DNA from: Anthoceros angustus
Taxonomy: Eukaryota > Plantae > Anthocerotophyta
NCBI GenBank assembly: GCA_010909165.1
Contig: MU008169.1
Location: 1,674,001-1,738,000 of the forward strand
DNA length: 64,000 bases
Direction: 5' to 3'
This document shows positions 1-10,507 of the stretch, in pieces; within the stretch, counting starts at the first letter, position 1; each line of letters begins with the position of its first letter. The position numbers and the translations under genes are program-made. The notes beneath the pieces are model-generated. The model did no database searches. It had not been told where the DNA came from and saw only the letters and a program-made list of their open reading frames with translations.

Positions 1-197
1 TTCCGCTCCCAAGCTAGTATCTCATCTGCACTTCTAGCAGGTACTGTGACCTTGGGGTCTGTGCCGTCCACGACGGACATCAGCTCATGCTCCTCAAATA
101 TTTGAGTTAGCCTCATGACCCAGATATTGTAATCTGTGCCATTGAACCTATCCTTGTCCTTGAATTCTATCTTCAAAGGAGCAGGATTTGTAGCCAT
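1..197 (-). CDS. Ty1/copia gag N-terminus (continues off the left edge)
   Basis: Hand translation from ATG at 197: MATNPAPLKIEFKDKDRFNGTDYNIWVMRLTQIFEEHELMSVVDGTDPK...AWER, the typical copia gag start (F-N-G-x-x-Y-x-x-W...VDGT); lies downstream of a tRNA-iMet PBS on the same strand. Confidence 0.8.
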   Translation of the reverse strand, partial: MATNPAPLKIEFKDKDRFNGTDYNIWVMRLTQIFEEHELMSVVDGTDPKVTVPARSADEILAWER

Positions 198-905
198 GTT
201 GACAAGAGCAACAGGCCTCAGGAAACTGTTCAAGACCAACTGAAGTTGACGCTGTCTATCTATATGTCGTAAATTCTCTGGGGAGAAATCCCAAAGAGAA
301 TATGTGGAAGCATCAGCAAAGAGGAATGAAATATCATCAACAAATTCATCATCTGAGTCTGAGCTTTCCGACATAAACAAAAGATATGCTCACAGCATGG
401 TGCGTTGCACCTGTGGACGTCTCCGAGAAGAGTTGGCAGACATAGGTGTGGGCTCCAACTTCGAAAGCTCTTCACACAGCTGATTGAGATCGTGAATGCT
501 GTCTGTAAGCTTCTCGATGAAGATCCACTGTGCTCTGTTGTGCTCCCGTAAGGCTGAAAGTTTGTCCTAGTTGACAGTCTCGCTCTCAAAAATGCGTCTT
601 GGAGTCGTGGATGTCCGAGGAAAATGGGCGCTCTGAGTTACACGAGTGAGTGCAAGTGTGACCACAGAAAAATGCTGGGGGCGATCGCGATTCCTCCTAG
701 CCGGCACTACCACCCTCCTTTCCGCAGATCTGCAATCAGGGCAAACCACTTGATGCTCCGAATACACAAAGGTAGGACGCTTCACTGGTTTGCTGGAGAA
801 TCTCGGAAGAGGAGGTGGATTTCCTCGTCTTGGCATCGTGACTCCGGGGCGCCGAGATCAGGATGCGTCAGATGCATTGACATCCATCGCGCACGCCCAA
901 ACCTG

Positions 906-917
906 GCTCTGATACCA
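906..917 (-). promoter_or_regulatory. Primer-binding site complementary to the tRNA-iMet 3' end
   Basis: Plus strand gctctgatacca = reverse complement of TGGTATCAGAGC. Confidence 0.9.
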
Positions 918-1718
918 TAAAAGCAATTAGAATTGCTGTTGGATCATGAGCGGTGACCAGAGCCAAGTGCACGGGAGAGACGGGAAGAGCGCGAGCGAAC
1001 GTGTGTGTACCAAGAAAGAGTACAGTATTGATAAAGCAGAAAGATACTTATACATGTTTGTAGAGAGCGGTTTAATAACCGTCAGTCTAGCTGGAAATAC
1101 TAAACTACCTAATAGCCGTTCATGAGACGGGCTAACTGGAGTAGAATGACGTAAACTGAAAGGCTATTCCCAATACTACGTACATACTCTACTCAATGGC
1201 GTTTCTCTCAGGGTAATATGTTTTTGACCCGGGGGAACTAGATTTTTGTTGCAGGTGTGCTTGTAATAGACCCAACTCGGGGACACTGTCTGCGAGCATG
1301 TTATCCTCAACCCTCCGGGTTGGGCAGCGGAGGTATGTGCGACAACGTAGGTCCACAAGTACTCTCTCATGCAGGGCCCCTAGCCACGCCTTCATCCCCC
1401 TTACCATTGAGACTCGCGGATTCATGGGTAAGGATTTCTCAAAGTTCATCAAGGCTAAGTAATACCACTGTCGCAAGAATGGGATTGGTCTCGCTCTTTC
1501 TTGTACAATGGCTTTTTCTAGGCAACGAGCGTCCATCGTCCTGCAAAGGGCATTGGCCAACGCAGTGTACAGAACAATAGCAAACGCAGGGGATGTGGCA
1601 TGGTCGGCACCAATGGTAGGTAAGTCCTTCTATATTCTAGACTAATATATTATCGAAGCAATAAGTAATTTCAAGATGGGCGATCGCAGGTGCTAGTCCC
1701 TCTTGGCCCGTGCCCTCT

Positions 1719-2142
1719 TGTAGAGTGCCAAACCTGATGTTCATACCCCCGGCAGCTTGTTTTAGGCTTGTTTTGTTTTTTTTGGGTTGTTACTTTTTAA
1801 TACGGATAGGTGGAGTTAGCTAATAAGGCCGTTTCGGCCAAATTGCACTTAGAGTGCAATCCCTAGACCTTAGGTCCATTGGGGCCGAACTGGCCCAACG
1901 AGTGCTAGACTGGTCCATCGAGACAAGGTGATCTGGCGAAGGGAGAGATATAGCCCGTTAAGAGAGGAGGTTGCCGGAGTAAGTCCGTTGAAGTGTGCCT
2001 GGCGTGGTTTGGACGGCGTAGTCCGGAACGGCTCTGCTGCTTGCCAGAATGGTTTGGCCGGGGTGGCATTCGACATAGTTGGTCCGGTCGGGCGGTTTAA
2101 TCCGACCGAGCGGTGTAGTCCGATGACGAATCTGTTGCCAGT

Positions 2143-2184
<42 letters not shown>

Positions 2185-3050
2185 GGATGAGCTACGGCCT
2201 AGGGTTAGGATATATATATATATATATATGCTGGTTAGACTAGGGGATATATAAGGAGGCCTGGCGCCCAAGACCCCCGAACTGTCCCGGGTACCATCTT
2301 CGCACTCTGTGTGCTCTTGCCTCCTGTGCTTGAGGAGCATAGTGTGTTCTTGCGTCGCCTTGCATAATTAATTAGTGGAAGGGGCATGTGTCGAGTCTAG
2401 AGCTCTGCTGACAAGCTTCGCTAACACGCTTGATGGGTGCAAACCAGGATCAGACCCAAGCTTAGCTGGCGCTCTAGAGCGATCCCTCGGCACGAGGTCA
2501 ACCATGGAGACTGCTGGAACGGAGGCTGCGGGGTTGTAAGTTGCGAAGCCACTACTCCGCATAACGTGAAGTAGCCAGAGGGAGCAAAGGCGGTCTAGTG
2601 TGAATACGCCGGCGTGTTGGTGTTATGAATACCAGCTATGGGTGGGTAAAGGAGGAGGAAGGCGTTGCGGCCCGTGTGCTGCGTTGGAGTTGCTGTCGGA
2701 CGGAGTCGAGGAAGTAGGAGCGCTGGGCACTAGGGTACGTAGATTGACGGACGGTCGTTAAACTTGTTCTGGTCGGCCGAACCTTAAATGGTGTTTTGAG
2801 ATACCCTAAACGGAATTCTGTGGGAAGGTCCGGTGGGTGGCACGTCTGTCAGTTAAGTTGTGGAGTGGCACGCGCCTAGGGTTCGCGGAGTTTGCTGGAC
2901 CCAACACAATGAAGTCCATTCAGGCAATAGGTTATAGAGCTTAGGCAGAATAATCACGAGTCCATTCCCTGTGGAACGAACCCCAGTACTACATCGACAT
3001 TGGGTTATAAATGTGCACCCGGCTAGTCCGCTAGCAAAAGTCTATCCACA
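1719..3050 (+). mobile_element. Solo LTR (1332 bp), probably Ty3/gypsy Athila/Tat-like
   Basis: Starts TGTAGA, ends TCCACA, flanked by the 5-bp direct repeat cctct (1714-1718, 3051-3055). Removing it restores the minisatellite unit gtgccctct|taagagtagatag. TATA-like gatatataagg at about 2246; 3' motif ccctgtggaacgaacccc...tactac resembles Athila/Tat LTR ends (from memory). Confidence 0.85.
2144..2229. repeat. (GT)n and (TA)n microsatellites inside the solo LTR
   Basis: (GT)n at 2144-2182; (TA)n at about 2211-2229. Confidence 0.95.
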
Positions 3051-3618
3051 CCTCTTAAGAGTAGATAGTTTTGATCATGGGCGCTAGTCCCCCTTGGCCC
3101 AGTGCCCTCTTAAGAATAGATAGTTTTAAAATGGACGATCGCGAGGGCTAGTCCCCTTGGCTCGGAGCCCTCTTGGCTAGTCCCGTGGGGGCTAGTCCCC
3201 TTGGCCCGGAGCCCTCTTGCTAATCCCCCTTGACCCCGTGCCCTCTTGAAAGTAGTAGCTTCAAGATGGGCGATCGTGGGGCTAGTCCAAGACCCTTGAA
3301 AGTAGGTAGCTTCAAGATGGCCGATCGCGGGGCTAGTCCAAGACCCTTGAAAGTAGGTAGCTTCAAGATGGGCGATCGCGAGGCTAGTCCAAGACCCTTG
3401 AAAGTAGGTAGCTTCAAGATGGGCGATCGCGGGGCTAGTCCAAGACCCTTGGCCCGGTGCCCTCTTGAGGGTTATTCCCCTTTATCTCGTGATAAATAAA
3501 ATTTCCCGTCTCTTTTTCTTACATAAATTTCTGCGTTCTCTCTTTCTTATACATAACAACTAAGTTTCTTACACATAAGAAGTAGGTGAAGGAGAAAGAC
3601 GCAGGATGCGGCCTGCGA

Positions 3619-3696
3619 ATTGTGCCATCTCGTGTGCTCCGAATGCCCACAAAACCTATTGTGCCATCTTGTGTGCTCCGTATGCCCACAAAACCT
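3619..3696. repeat. 39-bp tandem duplication
   Basis: attgtgccatctcgtgtgctccgaatgcccacaaaacct starts at 3619 and 3658. Confidence 0.9.
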
Positions 3697-3826
3697 ACTC
3701 GATACGCTATTTCTGTCCTTAATAGTTCCCATACCGCTCAACTCGATCCAGGTATATTTATCATTCTGTGAAATACCATTAAACCTAAATATATTTTAAG
3801 CTATTATTAACCAAAATGACACAATA

Positions 3827-4442
3827 AGTAACGGCATTGATGAAACAAGGTAGAAAGGTGAAAAGTTGAAAGAGGTAAAAAGCTAAGTTAGTAGCTGCCC
3901 TGTTAAGAAGATGCATGTGTTGCATGCTTCATGCAATCTCTTATTAGAGAAGAATTGCTACAGCCTCAAATGAAGAGCTGCCTAGAGAGGACTCTTAGTG
4001 ATCAGTAGTCTGTAAGAATCCCTAGATTTAACAGCTACCTAGTTGAGGTCAGACTGCGGGATATATAAGGGCTAGAGCACGGGCTTTGAGGAAGAAGTTA
4101 CTTTCTATTTGAGAGAGCAGGCAAGTGTGCACTACAAGCCTTGCGTTGAGAGAGCATGGAGAGCTAGCTAGTGAGCTTGTCATGGAATCAAGGGCAGTAG
4201 CCAGTTGGGCGTAGATATCCAGATTCCATTATTGTATTCTTGCAATAAAGAGCAGCACCTGGAGGAGGTGGCCTGCGAGTCGTCAGTGGACGGCGGGCTA
4301 CTTGGAGCCTAGTGTTGTGTTGTGAGGTTGAGAGCATTGAGAATCGTGCAAGTTTCTTGTGGAGTGAATTGGCGAGGTCCTAGACCGCTGGGAAGCCAGC
4401 ACTTGTCGCTTCCTTACTGGCTGCGCAGTGAGGGGTGTTACT
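3827..4442 (+). repeat. 5' LTR (616 bp)
   Basis: Begins AGTAACGG, ends TGTTACT, followed by 4 nt and the PBS; homologous to 9619-10359. Confidence 0.9.
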
Positions 4443-4495
4443 TTAGTGGTATTAGAGCGTAGTCAAATCCTCGGAGTGACTAGAGAGTGCACAAG

Positions 4496-7400
4496 ATGGT
4501 CAATAAGAAGCGTAAGGAGAGGCTGAAGAAGCAGCAATCTCCCGCCGATCATCCGCCTCAACCGCCTGAAGATTCATCATCGTCAGAACAAGAGGAAGTG
4601 AGAGCACCACCTGAGAGCTCAGCAGGCCCATCTGGAGAGAAGTCAGAGGACTCGAAGAAACGGATGGTGGAAGCTAGTACTTTATCAAGTTCTTCCAGGT
4701 GTCTTGGACGATGTAATGACTTCAAGGAAGAAGACAAAGAAGAATCCAGAGCCCACAGCTCAACAAGGTGAAGATGCGGAAGAACAACAAGAAATCTATC
4801 CGGCGAATTCAGCAGGCATCGTGAAAGTGGCTCCAAAACCGAGCATGAAGTTAGCTCTACCAGATAAGTATGAGGGAGAAAGAGATATGCAAGTCATTGA
4901 TTCTTAGATCTATTCTGTTGAGACTTATCTCGCCTCATCTGGTGTTGAGTCGGAGTACTACTTAGGTACTGTTGGCAATTTCTTAAAGGGCTATGCTTTG
5001 GTCTGGTGGCGAAGTTATGGTGCTAATGTTGGCCAAGGTAACCGAGCACATACCATCACAGACTGGGCATCTTTCAAAGAAGCCCTCAAGAAGCAGTTCC
5101 AACATGCGAATGCTTCACGTCTAAGTAGACAACAGCTGATAATATCAAGCAAACAGGTGATGTACGAGATTATGTAAGCACCTTCAGTGAAGCTGTCATG
5201 CACTGCACTACCATGAGTGAAGATGACATATACATCGCTTCATGGCTGGTTTGAAGGATTGCTAACAGAATTGAGTTGCATCCAACTACATTGGCAGAGG
5301 CCATTACAGCAACAGATGCCATTCCAGATACTTTTCATTCTAGTACATCCAACTCCTCCAGAAGATTTCAAGGCAGTACCCATGGCCGGTATGCCCAGAC
5401 TAGAGGAAGCTCTAGTAGTGCTAGCAGAGGAGCTGCTAAGGACACTGGAGGAAATGGAATTGCAAGAGGCAATTCAAGAGGAAATTTCCGCGGAAGAAAT
5501 CGAGGAGCACGCAGAGGCCGCGGAGCTCAGAGAACAACATCTTGGGTTCTCAAAAAGGAGTCTGCTACTCATGTGGAGAGCCGGGACATTATGCAAATGA
5601 ATGCCCGAATGGTGAACAGACTCTCAACGTAGCAGAAGGAGATCCACAGCCCCGAAGACTCACGATTACGGAAGTGGCCGGATCCGAGGATCCCAAGTGA
5701 CGGGATCGGCCACATGTTGCGAAGGCTGCATATGGTGAGTCTCAAAGTGTTGAGGACAGCACTATTCGGAGGGCGGGTGGAGAGCTCATGTACATACATG
5801 GATGTACATGAGCTCTCAGCAACATCCTCGCTTCTGCTCCATTTAGACATCCATGTATGTACATGAGCTCTCGCTAGTGTCCTTAGCAGCTCCTTTGCTG
5901 GCACTACTAGAGCTTCCTCTAGTCTGGGCATCGCCAGGTACGCCTTGAAATCTTGGAGGAGTTGGATGTACTAGAATGAAAAGTATCCGAATGGCATCTG
6001 GCGAATGGCCTCTGCCAATGTAGTTTGGACTATGCAACTCAATTACGTGGCGGATCCAAGGATCCCAAGTGACGGATCGGCCACATGTTGCAAGGCGCAT
6101 GTGGTGAGTCTCAAAGTGCCGAGGACAGACTATTCGGAGGGTGGGTGGAGAGCTCATGTACATACATGGATGTACATGAGCTCTCGAACATCCTCGCTCG
6201 CTCCATTTAGACATCCATGTGTACATGAGCTCGCTAGTGTCCTTAGCAGCTCCTTTGCGGCACTACTAGAGCTTCCTCTAGTCCGCATACCGCCATGCAC
6301 GCCTTGAAATCTTGGAGGAGTTGGATGTACTAGAATGAAAGTATCCGAATGGCATCCGTCCGCAATGGCCTCTGCCAATGTAGTTTGGACTATGCAACTC
6401 AATTACGTGGCGGATCCAAGGATCCCAGTGATAGGATCGGCCACATGTTGCGAAGGCGCATGTGGTGAGTCTCAAAGTGTTGAGGACAGACTATTCGGAG
6501 GGTGGGTGGAGAGCTCATGTACATACATGGATGTACATGAGCTCTCGAACATCCTCGCTCCATTTAGACATCCATGTATGTACATGAGCTCTCGCTAGTG
6601 TCCTTAGCAGCTCCTTTGCTGGCACTACTAGAGCTTCCTCTAGTCTGGGCATACTGGCCACGGGTACTGCCTTGAAATCTTCTGGAGGAGTTGGATGTAC
6701 TAGAATGAAAAGTATCTGGAATGGCATCTGCTGCTGCAATGGCCTCTGCCAATGTAGTTTGGACTATGCAACTCAATTACAGAAGTGGCCGGATCCAAGG
6801 ATCCCAAGTGATAGGATCGGCCACATGTTGCGAAGGCTGCATGTGGTGAGTCTCAAAGTGCTGAGGACAGCACTATTCGGAGGGTGGGTGGAGAGCTCAT
6901 GTACATACATGGATGTCTAAATGGAGCAGAAGCGAGGATGTTGCTTGACTTAGAAGTTGCTTGACTTAGATGTTGCTTGATAATTTCATTTATCCTAGCA
7001 AGGCAAGCAAGCTTGGTTTGACATGGGCTAGTACATCTGAGCCATGTAGAGTGAAACAAGCTAAAGGAATGCTGCAACACAAAGGTGAATTGCAAGAAGT
7101 GCCGTTGCATATAGGGAATTGGAAAGGAGCAGTGAGCTTCACAGTTTTAGATATGGATGATCATGAAATCATCTTGGGCTTAGAATGGATGAAGGCCAAC
7201 AAGGTATGTGTGAATGTGGACTCACGCACCATACAGATCTTAGGAGATGAAGAGCACAAAGTGAGTTGTGCAGTTCTCAAGCAAAGGCTTGGAGACAATA
7301 TTGATGATATCATCTCGAAGAAAGAGCTCAAATGTTGTGTAAAGGATGGAGAGGAACTCTTTTACTTGTGCAAGGACTAGAAGATGGTCTTGAGATGGAG

Positions 7401-9588
7401 TCTCGTGAGCGCCCAAGATTCCAAGGAAGTGCAGTCTTGAATGAGTTCAAGGACTTGATGCCCGATGAGTTGCCTCCTTTACCTCCTAGAAGAATTGTAG
7501 ATCATGAGATTGATCTCAAGCCGTGAAGTACACCGCCTTCAAGAGCCATATATAGATTATCGCAGGATGAGCTACAAGAGTCAAGAGACAGATGTCTAAC
7601 CCGCTAGCCAAGGGCTATGTGAGAATCTCAAAGTCCCCATTTGGTGCGCCTGTTGTTCACGCAAGAAGAATGGAGGATTGAGATTATGCTTGATTACGAG
7701 CACTCAATCGATAATGTTGAAGAATTCTTATCCTTTGCCAAGGATGGATGACTTGTTTGATGATTGAGAGGTGCTAAGTATTTCACCAAGTGGATCTAAT
7801 GGCGTGCTATTACCGATTCGCATCGAAGGACATGAATACAAGACCGCTTGTAGAACAAGGTATGGATCTTTGAGTTCCTTGTCATGCCATTTGGACTCAC
7901 TAATGCACCACACGCTCACTCTCATGAATACTATATTCGGAGATATGGATGAGTGTGTTGTGATCTACTTGGATGACATCATGATATACGCCTACCTTGA
8001 AGAGCATGTCCAACACTTGAGGAAAGTGTTAGAAAGGTTAAGAGCAAATTCTTTGTTCTTAGCTATAACAAAGTGTGACTTTGTTAAGGAAGAGATAGAC
8101 TTCCTAGGATTCATTGTCTCTGTGGATGATATCAGAATAGATCCTGATAAGGTAAAGGCCATACAGGGTTGGCTGTTGCGAGCGAATGTACACGAGGTGC
8201 GTATGTTTTTGGGATTGGCTAGCGTGTACAGATCATTTGTACCGATGTTTGCCAAGATTGCTGCCCCATTAACTGATCTCTTGAAGAAGGCGAAGGCTTG
8301 GAAGTGGGATGATGAATGTCGAGGGCATTCGAGTTTCGAAGTTGAAACTCACTACCCCAAGATTGGCAATCTATGATCCAAAGAAGGATATAGAAGTATA
8401 TCGATGCCGATATTGCAATTGGCGGAGTGCTCATGCAAGAAGGTAGGCCGGTGGCTTACGAATCAAGGAAGTGCATGAACATGAAAGGAAGTACCCACTT
8501 ATGAAAAGGAGATGATCGTCATCAATTGTCTCAAGATTTGGAGACATTATCTTCTAGGAAGATCTTTTGTGCATACGCATAATGTAAGCACGAGCTTCTT
8601 TACAAATCAGCTGCGACTAAGCGCAAGACAGGCTAGATGGCAAGATTTCCTAGCAATGTATGATGTGTCTATCAAGTACAAGCCAGGGAAGGAGAATCTC
8701 GTGGCAGATGCTTTGAGTCGCAAGCAGAGTTTAAGTTTGATAACTGCTTTTACGCTGAAGAGGCCTAAGCTAGCTGCAACACAGATGGTGATTGAGCCAA
8801 GGGACACTCACACGCAGATTAAGGAAGCTTATCTGCGAGATCCATTAGTACAGGATTGGATCAATGAAGTGGAGCAACCGGGATCTAAGTTTAAGCTTAG
8901 AAATGGCTTGTTGATGTTCAAGCAAAACAGGATTGTGATTCTTGATTCTCATGTGTTGAGAAGGAAATTGCTTGCAGAGTGACATGATGTGCCAAGTGCA
9001 GGTCATAGAGGGATTGACCCAACTTATGAGAAGTTGAGAAAGCTGTTTTACTGGCCTGGAATGTACAAGCATACTGTTGAGTATGTTAAGTCTTATGTAG
9101 ATTGCCAGCAGGATAAGGTGGAGCAGACAAATCCGCGAGGTTTGTTGCAACCCCTGCCTATTCCAAGAGGGCCTTGGAAAAGTATATCAATGGATTTCAT
9201 TATGCCATTGCCAGCCAGTAATGGACACATAGCTATCATGATAGTGGTTGATAGATTCAGCAAGCAAGCACACTTCATCCCTACAAAGAAGCGAGTGAAA
9301 GCTTCTAAAGTTGCTCAGTTGTTCAAAAAGCATGTATATGTGTTACATGGACTGCCTATGCAGATTGTGAGTGAGATATGAACAGGAAGGATTATGTCAT
9401 CCTGGTTCAACACAATCAAGGTCGGCGGGAAATTGTTGAATTCCTGGCAGAGAGAAGCGCCTACTGTCCGTGGTAATGTACCAGAGTATGTGGTAAGGCT
9501 TCGTGGTTATGTAGATCCTGTCTGGGTTTCACTTGAAGATGTGCAACAAGGATCATGGATGATCTCGCGTTACACTGGAGGTCATTGA
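4496..9588 (+). pseudogene. Disrupted gag-pol of the chromovirus
   Basis: Fragments: gag (DKYEGERD...), protease (6970-7380), RT (VIYLDDIMIY, YLDD at 7966-7977), RNase H (8512-8982, NLVADALSR), integrase zinc finger and core start (8989-9381, GLLQPLPIP...WKSISMDFI), chromodomain-like EYVVRLRGYVDPVWVSLEDV (9394-9588). Many stops and frameshifts; the C-terminal half of the integrase core is deleted. Confidence 0.9.
5640..6945. repeat. Fold-back tandem array inside the chromovirus (units about 360-380 bp)
   Basis: A forward segment gatcc...gagagctcatgtacatacatggatgt recurs at about 5681, 6054, 6412 and 6792. It alternates with three reverse-complement copies of gag 5269-5446 at about 5876-6044, 6236-6404 and 6597-6778. 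Confidence 0.9.
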
Positions 9589-9618
9589 GGACAATGACAT
9601 CTTCCCAATGGGGGAGAA

Positions 9619-10359
9619 AGTAACGGCATTGATGAAACAAGGTAGAAAGATGAAAAGTTGAAAGAGGTAAAAAGCTAAGTTAGTAGCTGCCCTGTTAAGA
9701 AGATGCATGTGTTGCATGCTTCATGCAATCTCTTATTAGAGAAGAATTGCTACAGCCACAAATGAAGAGCTGCCTAGAGAGGACTCTTAGTGATCAGTGG
9801 TCTGTAAGAATCCCTAGATTTAACAGCTACCTAGTTGAGGTCAGGCTGCGGGATATATAAGGGCTAGAGCACGGGCTTTGAGGAAGAAGTTACTCTATAA
9901 GGGCTAGAGCACGGGCTTTGAGGAAGAAGTTACTCACTCTTGGAGAGAGCAGGCAAGTGTGTGCTGCAAGCCTTGCTTTGAGAGCTGTGGAGAGCTAGCT
10001 AGTGAGCTTGTCATGGAATCAAGGGCAGTAGCCAATTGGGCGTAGATAGCCAGATTCCATTATTGTATTCTTGCAATAAAAGCCAATTGGGCGTAGATAG
10101 CCAGATTCCATTATTGCATTCTTGCAGAGGTGGCCTGCGGCTACTTGGAGCCTAGTGCTGTGTTGTGAGGTTGAAATCATTGAGAATCGTGCAATCATTG
10201 AGAATCGTGCAAGTTTCTTGTGGAGTGAATTAGCAAGGCCCTAGACCGCAGGGAAGCCAGCACCGAGACCCTAAACCGCTGGGAAGCCAGCACCGAGATC
10301 CTAAACTGCTGGGAAGCCAGCACTTGTCGCTTCCTTACTGCGCAGTGAGGGTTGTTACT
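9619..10359 (+). repeat. 3' LTR (741 bp) with internal tandem duplications
   Basis: Begins AGTAACGG right after the PPT, ends TGTTACT, followed by the TSD CAATA. Confidence 0.9.
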
Positions 10360-10507
10360 CAATAAGTGGAATCCTTTTAATAAGAGAATATGTAACAGGG
10401 ATGGTCTCGTTGAGTTGAAGGAAATAAAAACCAACTCAAATGGAAAATCGAACACACAATCGCCTGACGAAAACACACAATCGCCAAACCTGATGCACCC
10501 TTTCCAC

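Larger units (their letters stand above)
1..1184 (-). mobile_element. 5' part of a Ty1/copia LTR retrotransposon (LTR, PBS, leader, gag start); outer LTR boundary uncertain
   Basis: PBS TGGTATCAGAGC on the minus strand at 906-917 and gag at 1-197. The LTR is assumed to occupy 918 to about 1180; its outer end could not be fixed. Confidence 0.6.
1660..3468. repeat. GC-rich minisatellite (51-bp unit) split by a solo LTR
   Basis: Unit cttcaagatgggcgatcgcggggctagtccaagacccttgaaagtaggtag starts at 3259, 3310, 3361 and 3412. Degenerate units occur at 3056-3250 and one at about 1660-1718. Confidence 0.9.
3827..10359 (+). mobile_element. Full-length but decayed Ty3/gypsy chromovirus with non-canonical AGT...ACT LTR termini
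   Basis: LTRs 3827-4442 and 9619-10359; TSD CAATA at 3822-3826 and 10360-10364; PBS tggtattagagc 4447-4458; PPT gggggagaa 9610-9618; domain order gag-PR-RT(YLDD)-RH-INT-chromodomain. Confidence 0.95.

Noticed and set aside
1189-1560. Minus-strand ORF with a vague resemblance to copia RNase H (CPT...EDNMLAD) or a chromodomain (REYLW)
   Set aside because: The match is too short, inconsistent between frames, and misplaced relative to the adjacent copia 5' LTR.
3220-3499. Repetitive ORFs on both strands, and a possible CRISPR-like array
   Set aside because: By-products of a 51-bp (17-codon) tandem unit; no unique spacers, no cas genes, eukaryotic context.
5569-6920. Many short ORFs on both strands
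   Set aside because: All derive from the inverted and duplicated gag fragments.
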